In this document: piece by piece, positions 51,190 to 63,289 of the stretch
How the letters are laid out: the number at the start of each line of letters is the position of its first letter
Numbering within the stretch: position 1 is the first letter of the stretch
DNA from: Mytilus californianus
Lineage: Eukaryota
Assembly: GCF_021869535.1 (NCBI RefSeq)
Contig: NW_026262637.1
Coordinates: 8,494,001 to 8,558,000 of the forward strand
DNA: 64,000 nucleotides
Reading direction: 5' to 3'
Position numbers and translations under genes: made by a program
The notes under the pieces: model-generated
The model's database searches: none
Told to the model about the DNA's origin: nothing
What the model saw: only the letters and a program-made list of their open reading frames with translations

Positions 51190-54100
51190 GTAAAGATTCA
51201 ATAACATATACACATTCATATTTTAAGCTAATGTGTAATGGTGTAAATAGATTTACAAGTTAATACTACAAAATGCATGTTAGAGGTTTATTGAATGTAA
51301 AACATAGAATGTTTTAATACTAGAATGGGCCTAAATTCCTTTTGTGAAATATTAAACATTTTTTAATGCATTTAAGGTACATTAGAGAGTTGGAAAAACA
51401 CCCTCTTTAAAAGAACAAAATATAATAAAATTCATGTTATAAAATGTGATAATTTTAATTTTGTGCATCCTCAAGCATGATAAATTAGTGCATGAAGCAT
51501 CATGGTACATTTTCACGCATGTTGTAGCATTAGGTTACAATATTATTGTTAATTCATATATTACAACTTTTTCATAGGAAAATAGTGAAGCAACATGGGC
51601 GTTGGCTGTTTGGAAGGAGCAGGGTGAAGAGGAGGAGGGAACTTTACCACTCTCTTGGATTGGAGAGAAACACATCATGTGGCCACCTGGCACCAATGTA
51701 AAAAGGTAAATGAAAGAGATGAAAAAACCAAGTGACAACTGGATGAAGTTTGAGTTGGTAAAAATCAAGTTTAAATCTAGTAAGTATAAATTTATTTTAT
51801 TTATATCATGCATATATATATACCAAATTTGCAAATAAACACAATTCTGAAAGCTCTTGTCCTTTTTTAATCTGTTTAACATTTTACAATGCTGATTAAG
51901 GTGTTGATTGAGTGGCTTCTGTAGACCTTAAACTTTCAAAAACTGTTATACATGTACTTTTATTTTAGTAGTCAATTATAAATCTGAAAGTACCAACACT
52001 ACATTTTAATCAGAATGTTTGAAAGGACCATTAAAAAAAGAATTTCCTTTTTTCTGTTCGTCTACTTCAATTTAAACCATATTAGAATAAAGAATGTAAA
52101 CAGGGAATATGTCAAAAAGACAACAACTCTACCAAAATAAAACAACCCAAGACCACCAATTTGAAAACCTGTACCCAGAGTTGGGCTTGAGCAGGCCTGG
52201 AAACACTAATGTATACCAGACCATGAGGATTGATCCACTCGAAGCAAAATAGAAAAAAATACACAACTAACAAACTATTTATATATGCCAAAAAAATTGT
52301 TTTAAAAGATGGGTGCACTTTTTACTAGTTATTGTAATTATTTTGATCTAAACATTTGGTTATTTCTGGAAAATTTTATGTATTAAAAAATGTTGAACTT
52401 TATATTTTGATATATTTACAGACAAAAGAAAAGAATGTGAAGATTATGACTTTACCACTACAGCTGAATTATCTCCTGATGAAGCTGATAGTGATCATGG
52501 GAAAAAAAGGATACTTAAGAAAAAAGTGTTCCAAGACTTTATTACAGGTATAAATTTCTACCAATAGATGTCGCCATAAATCAAATAATATCTTTTGAAC
52601 AATAAAAACAATTCCAGTATTTATATTGATACTTATTAACTAATAGAGAAAAAAATAATGTTTTTCTTCTGAGCAAAATTATGTGTCTCATTCTAAGAAG
52701 TCCATCAATTATTTATTCATTGATAAGATATTATTTCAACTTATGATGTTATAAATTAGTTTTAATTTCCAGTTGTCTGCCATTTGCTGAGAATGTGTTT
52801 GTCAGTCCAATTTATTTTGTGTACTTTAAGTATCAGACATATTAAAAGTGCTGGAGCTGTAAATCAATATATGGATGCTGCTATATATATAACAATAAGG
52901 ATCAATATGATCATTCTTTCTCAAAGAGGATATAAATGCAATACTGGATCAATTTTTGAACCAGATTAAAGGCTATTTCCTGTATTGCAGATCACACAAA
53001 AAATGTTTTGCTGACCTTTGGACTCCATTTATTTCAGCCGATGTCCCTAAACATTTTGCCAGGTTTTTTTTTTTACCTATAAATAATTTTACCATATTTT
53101 CTATATATTTCAGAAATTGGTAATGAAGAAGGCACAAAAGCTACTGATAAATCAGGTACAAAAAATACTCTCTCGCTATTCATTTGTTTTTACCTAATTT
53201 ATTATTTTATGTCAACAAATAGCTGCTTAAAATCAATGTTATAAATAATATTCAGACAAGTTTTTTGCTCTATCTAACAAGTAGTTGTGAGAAAAGTTAA
53301 TGTTGAACCCTGTTTTTTTTCTGTTTAATTTAAAATGTACCACATTGTAAAACTGCTTTTATTGTAGTTGGAGCATCTAAAAATGGAAAAAATAAGGATA
53401 AGGGTGAAAGTCAAGCTACTGTTCCAAGAAACCAAGGTAAGGAAAACAAAATCAGCTTAAAATTTGTGCATGATTATATATTTGTTAAAGTTAAAGACTT
53501 TAAATGTTATAAGTACATATATACATATACATGTATGCTTGAGTAATGTTATAGTTTGAAGAAAAATGCTTTTTAAATTAAAATCTAGACTTTCATGACA
53601 TGCAAACTTACGAGACTTGAGCCATTGAAAAATCAAGGTTATCTTAATCAGTTCAAGGGTTTCTGTTTTACTAATTTTAACTAGCAGTATAATTGTGGTT
53701 TTGTCATATCATTGTCTAAAGCATTTGATTTGAAGTTTGATGACTGTCTATCGTAGTTATGTGTGTAACTTTAGTGTATGGTTTCATTTCTTAAATTGTG
53801 TCATAGAGTTATACATTTGTAATTATGATACATGCATGTACAAGATCCTTTAATGTCAATTCAACAAAGAATAACACACCATACAAGATGTTATTTTAAG
53901 CATAATTTAAGTTATTCACTTAATTTCAGAAAAATCTTCATCAATGCCGAAGCCTCCCACAAAGTTAATTGAAAGAAACGCACAGTGCAAAGAATTGGGT
54001 GAGTTTGATAAATAGCTTTAATTAAAATATACATTGAACTAAATTTTTTTGTTAACTCCTGTGAAATATTGGTTGCCACCAGAGATAAAAAAGGTGTATT

Positions 54101-54331
54101 ATTAAATGAATAGATTATTCAAAATGATGCCTAGAGGATTGTGTTTTCTTTTTTGTGGAAGTATGCTGTCTAATGAGTCCATTGCTTTCAAATTATCTTT
54201 ATGAAAACTAGATCTGGGTATCAATAAATATGAAGTTGTTAAATTTTCAATCAAATTTACTTCTGTTTACCAAAAATAAATTGGTGGCCCTTTAGTAGAA
54301 TAAGCCTGTTGAATAAACCATTTTAAGGGTA

Positions 54332-54508
54332 CAGTGAAACCTGACTAAACCGAACCTCTTTGGGACTTGATATGTTGTTCGGTTTTGGCAGGTATTCGGT
54401 TTAATCAGGTTCATAATGCATAAAATGTGATATGATTGGTCTTCAGAACAAGTTTGTTTTAGACAGGTTTTCGGTTTAGTCAGGGTTCGGTTTAGTCAGG
54501 TTTCACTG
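54332..54508. mobile_element. Tc1/mariner (pogo/Tigger-like) MITE
   Basis: 25-bp perfect TIR CAGTGAAACCTGACTAAACCGAACC, flanked by TA on both sides. Confidence 0.9.
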
Positions 54509-54913
54509 TACATGTTTGTATCCATACGGGGCCACCTTTAAAAAACTACTGTTTGGTGTTGCCTTATATTATCACAGTCTGTGCCAAAAACTTTTTCATC
54601 TACTTGTACGAAATCTAAATATCAAAATTTGTCCCTATATGCCTATATTAAATTTTTGAAATTGGTACTAGTCCAAATCAATATTTACTAGTATGGTTCA
54701 TAGGACTAGTGGCAACCTCGGAGCAGGAAATAATCTGAAAATGTTTTTTGTGAAGGCTGCTTTTTAGGAGAAAAAGGCATGTTTCGATGAATTGTAATAG
54801 AAAATGTTATTTATGACGTAAACTGTTCCTGTTGTCTTTTTTATGTGCTTTTGTTATATGATTGCTTTAAATGGAAAAAGAAATAATTGTTTGCCTTCTT
54901 TTTAACTCCATAG

Positions 54914-55726
54914 TTACAGAGAAGAAGAGTTCCAGTCAGACTTCTAACCACAGAGATTCTAGATCGCCATCACAAAAATTGAGTTCCAGTCAGACTTCTA
55001 ACCACAGAGAGTCTAGATCGCCATCAAAAAAATTGAAGTCTACAAATACATTGAAGTCCACAACAAGACCATCTACCAGGCAAGAATCACCACCATTTCG
55101 TCAGAAGTCAAGATCTCGATCACCACTTATCACACAGAGGTCCAGATCAAGATCAAGATCCCCACCATTATCTCAGAGGTCAAGATCTAGATCTCCACCA
55201 AACAATCAGACATGGAGATCTAGATCAAGAAGCTATTCACCGCCGACAGATATTTTTTCAAAACTAAAATCTATTTATTCCTATTCGTCCAAGTCCACAA
55301 CAAGATCACCAACAACACAGAATCCATCACAAAGAAAACCGTCAAACACAACTCAAAAATCCACAAGACCTTCAATAGAGGAGATATTACAAGAATTGAA
55401 AAAAAGATCCTCACATAGTCTCCATACTCAGAAATCAAAATCTAGTGAAGATAGGTCACATTCAACAGGGAACAGTCAAGGGTCTAGATCTTCCTCACCT
55501 CTTGAGGATTATCTACTGCCAAGCTCACAATCTCAACCACAGAGAGTTTCTACCAACAACAACAGAGCAAGGTCTAGATCACCACTAGAGGATTGGCAGT
55601 CATTCAGCAGCAACATAAGCTCAAGGTCTCATGTCAGGGAAAATACTTCAACACCAGCTGCAAAAAATATACCATCTGGCAGAAAGACGAGTAACAATTC
55701 AGAGACATTTCCAATGTCTGATGAAC
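54914..55726 (+). CDS. Large Ser/Arg-rich low-complexity exon of the accessory gene
   Basis: 813 nt, phase 1-1; RSRSRSP runs; a 54-bp tandem duplication at 54928 and 54982. Confidence 0.85.
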
Positions 55727-55957
55727 GTAAGTGTAAATTTACATCTGCATTTCAAAATGATATCACACAAAATTTTGAATCAAACACTAGGAAATACCTT
55801 CAACATGCCTTACTATTTTGATATTTACCTGCACCACACAACTACTACTTCAATTGTTGGTTAACCCTAGATGTTTCAGTTTTATTTTGATATTTATTAA
55901 GGAAAGGTTTTGAAAATACTAATTTTTTTCTTATGAGAGCTTTCTGCATAGAAATTG

Positions 55958-56240
55958 TTTTTATGCCCCACCTACGATAGTAGAGGGGCATTATGTTTTC
56001 TAGTCTGTGCGTCCGTTTGTCTGTTCATCTGTCTGTCCTGTGTCAGGTTAAAGTTTTTGGTCAAGGTAGTTTTTGATGAAGTTGAAGTCCAATCAACTTG
56101 AAACTTTGTACACATGTTCCCTATGATATATTTTTAATTCAAATGCCAAATAAGGGTTTTGACCCCAATTTCACGGTCCACTGAACATAGAAAATGATAG
56201 TGCGAGTGGGGCATCCTTGTACTATGGACACATTCTTGTT
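55958..56240 (+). mobile_element. Short Helentron/HINE-like element
   Basis: 5' TTTTTATGCCCC...GGGGCAT palindrome, GTCCGT/GTCT microsatellite, 3' GGGGCATCC...ATTCTTGTT. Confidence 0.75.
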
Positions 56241-56357
56241 TACATATAATACATGTCACATTTACACCCTTACTATATATATGTATTGAATATACTGGGT
56301 ATTTAAGACAAGGCATTGTAATGTTGCATTAATCATACATTGGTTTTATCATTTTAG

Positions 56358-59011
56358 GTTTCCAGAGAAGAGTATTGTTTTTACTAACAGAAATAAGAGA
56401 CCTGCTGAAAAAAGATCAGTGTGCCACAACTGCACAGACACACTGTGAACTTGAAAGGGCGGAAACCTTAGACGAATTTTTTGAATTGGAAAATGCCTTG
56501 GATGATGTAGCTCAGCAGACAAGATTGGTTAGTTTTATATTACAGTTTATGTTTTTTAATAAATATAATGTTTTGTTCTGACATATAATATTTAAAAATA
56601 ATTATCAGAATACATGCTTGATAATGATTCTTTTGAAACTAGACATTTTTACTATGATTCTCCTTTAAATTATTTTATTTGTTTTTATTAGTTTCAGATG
56701 AAAATTATGCTTTGCACAGGAAAGTGATACATATTAACAATGATAATTTTTCGGAAAAATAAGCACATAAAGAATTTTAATTTCTCACAGACACATTTGT
56801 TGTTTTGAAGGGTCATTGTTAATTTCAGTCAATGCATACAAGTATACAAAAACCATTTTTGTTTATAGACAGAATATTTGAGAAGAATTGGAGGTGCTGG
56901 AAGCAGTGACCTAATGAAGAAAGCCATGACAAGGTAAGTTGAAAGAGACTACAATTTATTTACAAAAGTCTGTCGAAAAGATTAAATAATTCTGTTAATG
57001 CCAGTTGAAAAAGTAATTCATTGTGTTTAAGGGGCACTAGCTTTGGAGTTTATAAAAATTAAATTATTTTTTTGGCAAACATTTATGTGGAATTTTAAAA
57101 TAATATTTCGCTATTAGCAGTCAGTTTGGTTTACATTTTGTCATAATGAGCTAATAAATTCTCTAAATGTATTACTCAATTGAAACTGAATAATTCACTT
57201 GTTTAAATTCATATTACTTTGAACTTCAATTTGCCCCTTAACTGGCATTTGTTATGTATGAGCTTAGCAAGTTTAGTTAATATTGAAAAGAAAGAAATAT
57301 CAACCTTTCAATAGAATTGTCAATTGCACTTCCTTAATTGTCTTTTATTTTGACATATTTTGTAACCAGGTTGAAGAAAAAATGTTATACTGGGTATTTT
57401 ATTTTAATGTAGTTAGATATTGAAACTGCATATTCACTTTTAATATGTATGCAAATTTTGTTTTTTTTTATACCCTGAAAAAACAAAATTTAGGGGATAT
57501 ATATGATAAATGTTTCTTGTCAGAATTTCAAGGGAGATAACTGATTTTACTTAGTTAATATTGCAATAAATGGCAACAAGTCTTGTAAGCACAACTACTA
57601 ACAAATTAATCAATATTGATGAAACTTTACACAGTTGTTGTACACAACCCGAAGATGTGCATGATGGAGGATATTTCTGATCTGATTTTTTTCAAGGGAG
57701 AAATTGCAATTACTTAATTTAAATATCACAATATGTGGCATAACGGGATGGGGGTATCCTTAGTGAGTTAACTCATAGTTTTATGCAATACTCTTATAAT
57801 GCATAATACTATCCACACTCATCTGTGTCCACTTGTTTTTATTAGCAGTAGAAACCTGTATTCAAATATTTAAACTTCAATCCTAAGAAAATGAACTAGG
57901 TTGAAATTAAGTGGTCATATTGTATCAGATTTATATTTTGTGTTCCAGAATGATGTCAAACATTGTCATGGCAAGAATGAACCTAAAAGGGAAAAAGAAT
58001 AAGATAGCTTTCCTAAAAACAAAGCTTTACAAAGTGATCTCAGGTAAGCTTTGATAAATCAATAAACATGACAACATTATTAATTTATAGACATTTTGAT
58101 TTGCTGAACTTTTGAAAAAAAACTTTAAAAAAACCATGCATTCAATGGATTGAAACTAGACTTTGAACAGGTGCCAATTCAAAATTAAAAATTGCCACCA
58201 TGGAAGGTAAAAGGTTTGTAAAGATGATCTATTATCTAGCATTTATATATATATTTTATATTATCTTTTTGATATAATTTGATTATTTTATATATAAATT
58301 AAAGAGAAAATAAAAAAAATATTCACTTTATTCAAGCAATTAGTTTATGTTGTTGAACAGGATTTTTTTAGCATTGATATCAATCAAAAATGAAATTAGT
58401 TGCAAGCTTACTTACAAACTCCAAGGAATATTATTTGAATTGTAATTTGGGCTTCTTATTTTTGATAAATAAGTGTAAATAAGTATGTGATGATAGAAGG
58501 GTTAGCAATTTCAGGCTCTTAGGGACTTGATGGGTGCTTTGAATGTGACCTGTATAGAAACAAATTGAAATTTCAACAAAATGTTTTCAGCCTGGTGGCA
58601 TATTTCTATCTAGAAATTGTTATAAATTTATTGCAAGGAATATAAATTATAAACAATGATATTTTTCATTTCTTTTACTCAATGTATGTTTTTTTTTACC
58701 AACTAATTCTAAACTTCACTAGAAGCCTTACAGTAAGCTTTATTTGCATCAACCCTCCATTTTCAGCAAAGTACTTGTTGTGTTATTTATATTTTATTGA
58801 GTGTGCAAAGTTTTGGCAAATGACACTGTTCACAATAATTGATTTGAAGTATACATATTTTAAGACTTACCATGATGTATATGTGTTTACAGGATGCGTA
58901 ATGATGGTGTATCCTGAGATCACAGAAACTAAAGTAAAGGAAGATATTGGGAAGTTTTTAAAATATGCCCCCGAGAGAGCTGGAGGAGGGGGAAGGACCA
59001 GCAAAGATTAA
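56358..59011 (+). CDS. Four terminal exons encoding the coiled segment and DUF4806-like C-terminal domain
   Basis: FQRRVLFLLTEIRD...EYLRRIGGAGSSDLMKKAMTRMMSNIVMARMNLKGKKNKIAFLKTKLYKVISG...IGKFLKYAPERAGG fits the DUF4806 pattern (L..IGG, G...K..F....L, L..A..R.GG). Confidence 0.85.
57461..57782 (+). mobile_element. Degenerate Helentron/HINE-like element
   Basis: 5' TTTTTATACCC...GGGGATATA; 3' GGGGGTATCC followed by hairpin-like TGAGTTAACTCA. Confidence 0.55.
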
Positions 59012-59879
59012 TCCAAATTACAAAAATAAATTCAATTTTAAACAAATTTATTGCATTCATTTCACTTACTTCAATCAAGAAAGGTGTCCAAAATTAGAGC
59101 AGACATCAGTGAAATTCTGAAAGAACTTATTTTATCAGTTCACTATTTCTGTGTGTAACTACAGTTACAGAAAAATACTCAAAACTTGATTTACCGACGA
59201 TAAATTACTGTTTGCTGCTTAAAATAAATAACCTCAATTCAGACCGACTTATAGGCGGGTCAAGCCTGAATCCTCAGATTTTCAAACTGAAAAGGGCATC
59301 CGACTTATAGGCAGATTGACTTATAAGCGAGTATCTACAGTAGTTTCTTTGCTAGCTGAACCGTGAAGTCATTACTAGCTCGGATTAATACCTCCTTTGG
59401 GCGGAGTCTAGTCAGTCAGAGAACCAATAAAAAAGTGTAAACATAAACATTGTACTACAGTTTTACCTATTTAGAATCCACATGCAAGACTCATTCCATA
59501 TTTGGAAGGTGTACATGAGCTAATAATGACCTTGTGGTTCATGTAGCATGGAAGCTAATCAAACAGTTTGGTTTTACCTACACTTTAAGTCCGATGGCTG
59601 TAATAGGTATTTTTTTATTTCTCATTTTATATATAGATGAGACTCTTGGTTTTCCTGTTTGCATTGTTTAACACTGATATTTTTGCCTTGATAGCTTTCT
59701 GTTGTGTGAGCCAAGACGTCTTTCCCTGTTGAAGGCAATTATTAACCTATAATTGCTTACTTTAACAAAGTTGTGACTTGGATGGAAAGTTAGTCTCATT
59801 AGCATTCATACCACATCTAATTTATACTGTTCACCTTAATCAACTGTTTTCCTTTTCATCGATTATTCAATTTCAGTCA

Positions 59880-60170
59880 GTCTACCAAAAATCATCCTTG
59901 TTGAAACCTTGAAATAATTGTTATTTACATATTGTCAACCAAAAATCAACCTTATTTCAACGTTGAAATATGATGTTGTTTCAACGTCAACCTTTCAACC
60001 TATTCTCAACCAAAAATCAACATTGTTTCAACGTCGAAATATGACGTTGTTTCAACGTCACCTTTTCAACGTCATCTCAACTTTCAAAATCAACAGTTAA
60101 ATCAACGTCATTTCAACGTTGAAAGTCGACGTTATTTCAACGTTGAAACAACGTTGAAATGCCTGGTGGG
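59880..60170. repeat. Right subterminal array of CAACGT(T/C) motifs
   Basis: About 10 copies of TTTCAACGT(T/C) ending at the terminal GCCTGGTGGG. Confidence 0.9.
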
Positions 60171-60818
60171 TTACCAGTAGGTTGTTTATCTCAATACTAA
60201 ATACTACTACCTACATCATACTACTCAGCCCTCTGACTGGGACCTTATAAATATAGTGTGTGCGTTCACGCCGTATCACAAACTAAATTTCAAACATATG
60301 TACACTGACCACATCTTAACTCGTTAAGGTGTTTCCTGATTATGACTACTCAGCTCATCAGGAACAGGTATCACTTTCGATGAGTACACAGGTAAATGCT
60401 CAAGTAAAAAAGTGGACACCACCACCTAATTAGTTAGATGTAAAATGTGAACATGTACTGTACACTGAAATTTGCAGAATATACACGTTATAAGGTATTG
60501 ACGGTCAAATTGAAATAGAATTGACCAATCTAAATAATTATACAAATACGTAAATAAAGGCACCCTGTGACACTGGAATATTGGTACATAGAAATAGAAG
60601 ATTTACAATTGGACAGCTGAAATCATATCTTTTGTTGCACAATTTTGTTTTCAACAGACTCTCATTGTCAATTTTGAGATGTCAGGCAGACTTAACTTTG
60701 TTGTATTCCTTATCTCAAGTTCAATGGGATAGATGCAATCAACATAGTCGCCAAAATTTGAATTATTTAGAGCGAAAATTATCTATATAGCGCGGAAAGT
60801 AAAGTAAAAAGATACTGC

Positions 60819-61070
60819 TTACTTATTTTGTTTCTTCCTTAGAAGTTCCTGTATTAAGCAAGCCTCATATGAATAAAGGAATAAGTCGGCAAGCAAATTT
60901 GCACAGTTTGTTCCTAGGGAAATGTCGACTGTTGTTTCCAATTGTAACAAATATTTTGTCAAAAAAGCATCTCTGATAATGTCAGTTTCAGAGAATTGTT
61001 TGTTTGAATCAGACTTTTTTTTTTCAAAGTAAGATTTATGCCTTCCTAAGACAAGACACTTGTCCATTCT
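60819..61070 (-). mobile_element. Penelope-like RT fragment
   Basis: ...LGTNCANLLADLFLYSYEA.LIQELL on the minus strand. Confidence 0.7.
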
Positions 61071-63289
61071 TTTATATGAAACAAAGCAGGACCAACTCTT
61101 TCATATTGGCATTATACGGATTTGTTCAACAAGGAAAGTTTACCTTTCGTCGATATGTGTTCAACGATACCATACACATGTATTTCGTTCTCTGCACACT
61201 AGTTACATGTTTTTCCAGATTGGTTTAAAATACCAGAATTGAAGTCTGGTCTGTTCATTATCCGATGCTGTAACATTTTGACTGGCAAAATCATTATATG
61301 GCGAGTGATGCACGCATAGCAGGATTGTGCGTTTAAAGACATGTATATACCCTGTCTACTTCTTGGTGCCTTTCGAAATCAGGGACTTGTTTTTCTGTGG
61401 TTAATGTTGGTTTGTATATGTCATTTTTAAAATGTATTGTTATGTCATGAATCCGGCTGTTAGTTTTAATATTGGGTTAATAATACATTGTGTCATGTTG
61501 GGACTTTTACTTTGAAGACTGACTGTACGGTATGAATTTCCCTAACGGCTGAAGGCCAAACAGTCACCCAAAGTTGCTTCAAGCACGAAAAATGGGCTCT
61601 AGTGCATACACTACAAACTGCTGAGAGTCTGAAAATAAACATTTTGTGCTCGACCAGTAAAGTCGAGGTAATCTCGACAGAACTTAACTGTTCTAAACAA
61701 TCAGGTTGAACCCACCATTTCTTAAAATGTCCTGTACTAAGTCTTATTCACCACTGCTCCGTATACAATGACTTTAGAGAAAGTACTTTTAATAATATCT
61801 TTTCTAGCATGAATTACTAAATATGACCGACGATGAAAAGATTTTCTTTTCGATGATAAACTTTCCTAGAAAGCTGTCTAAGTATACAGTGAAAGCGTTC
61901 TGACATCGACGTGTAGTTATATACATATGAAAAACTTAATAACAGTGTGTTCTAATTTCCATTTTGATCATGTAGTTGACAGTGACAAGTGTATTTGTTT
62001 GTAATATTAAAATGTAAAAAGGTTACTTCATAGTCAATAGGAATAATTTCCGTTTCTTTATTATAAATATTAATTCATTATATATTCAACAGGACATTGA
62101 AGAAGTCTTTGAATTATTTCATTTTCATTTAATTTTCAATTCTTCAATTTGAATTAATTATTTTGAATTTAGCTAAATCTTTTTCATTATTTTGTTTGAA
62201 ATTCGTGATAACAGAAATGCGATTATCGATTTTGAAAGTGACTTTTAGACCCAATGGGTCGGGTGTGTTTTATTATTTATTGAATATATTTGTATTAAGT
62301 TAAACTGTTATTACACATGTCAATATAATGAAAATGTACTTACTTACTCGCAATAAAAACAAACGCCAACACACATAACATTGTCATAAAGCGGGAGGTT
62401 TGTCATGTCATTAAACCCGGTTCAACCCACCATTTTGTTTTCTCAAAATGCCCTGTACTAAGTCAGGAATATGGCAGTTGTTACCAAATAGTTCGTTTCT
62501 ATTTATGTATCATTTGCGTTTGTTTTTGTTGCACTTATGTGTTTCTGTTGTACTGTAAAAAGTAAAATCACAAAAATACTGAATTCCGAGGAAAATTCAA
62601 AACGGAAAGTCCCTAATCAAATGGCAAAATCAAAAGCTCAAACACATCAAACGAATGGAAAACAACTGTCATATTCCTAACTTGGTAAAGGTATTTTCTT
62701 ATGTAGAAAATGGTGGATTAAAACCTGGTTTTATAGCTAGCTAAACCTCTCACTTGTATGACAGACGCATAAAATTTCATTATATTGACGACGATGTCTG
62801 AACAAAACAAACAGACACAATAGGTAAAAATGTCAATAATAGGGGTGCAGCAGTCAACATTGTGCTATCATCTTAATCACTCTAGAAACAACCAAATATA
62901 GTAACAAACTTAACCATGGCGAAATACAACATGTAGCACAATGACGGGATGTATAAGTACAGAGCCACGTTATATGTAACAAAGAATTACAATAAAGCAT
63001 ATAGACAAAGCATATTAGCAAAAAGGAAAGACAAGAATACAAAAATAATCATAGAACAATAACATAATAACGGGATGTATAAGTACAGAGCCACGTCAAA
63101 TGGATACCACCAAAAGCAGACTAAACACTCTAAGTAATATTCATAAAAGAATACTACAACACGTTATTAAGATGATAAACAACAGCAGTACCAAGAATCT
63201 ATACTTCTAGACCATCGTGTATTATTTGTGAAGTTGATACCGAATATTTATCAACAAGGTCTTGGTACCTTCCGATGAACTTTTTAAGA

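Larger units (their letters stand above)
51578..59011 (+). pseudogene. Second transposon gene: RS-rich, DUF4806-type accessory protein (~599 codons) with one in-frame TAA in this copy
   Basis: GT-AG exons that join in frame: 51578-51779, 52422-52547, 53114-53155, 53368-53436, 53930-53998, 54914-55726, 56358-56527, 56869-56933, 57949-58043, 58893-59011. With the leader exon they total 1800 nt. TAA at 51707-51709. AATAAA near 59025. Confidence 0.85.
43457..60170 (+). mobile_element. Full-length (16,714 bp) CACTA/EnSpm (CMC)-type DNA transposon with two coding units
   Basis: Left end CCCACCCGGCA and right end (reverse complement) CCCACCAGGCA match at 10/11. TT duplicated at 43455-43456 and 60171-60172. 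TTCAACGTTG arrays at both ends. Internal transposase. Confidence 0.93.

Noticed and set aside
59160-59345. Possible pogo-like MITE (CGACTTATA motifs) downstream of the accessory gene
   Set aside because: Only the right end looks terminal, and the TIR pair could not be matched.
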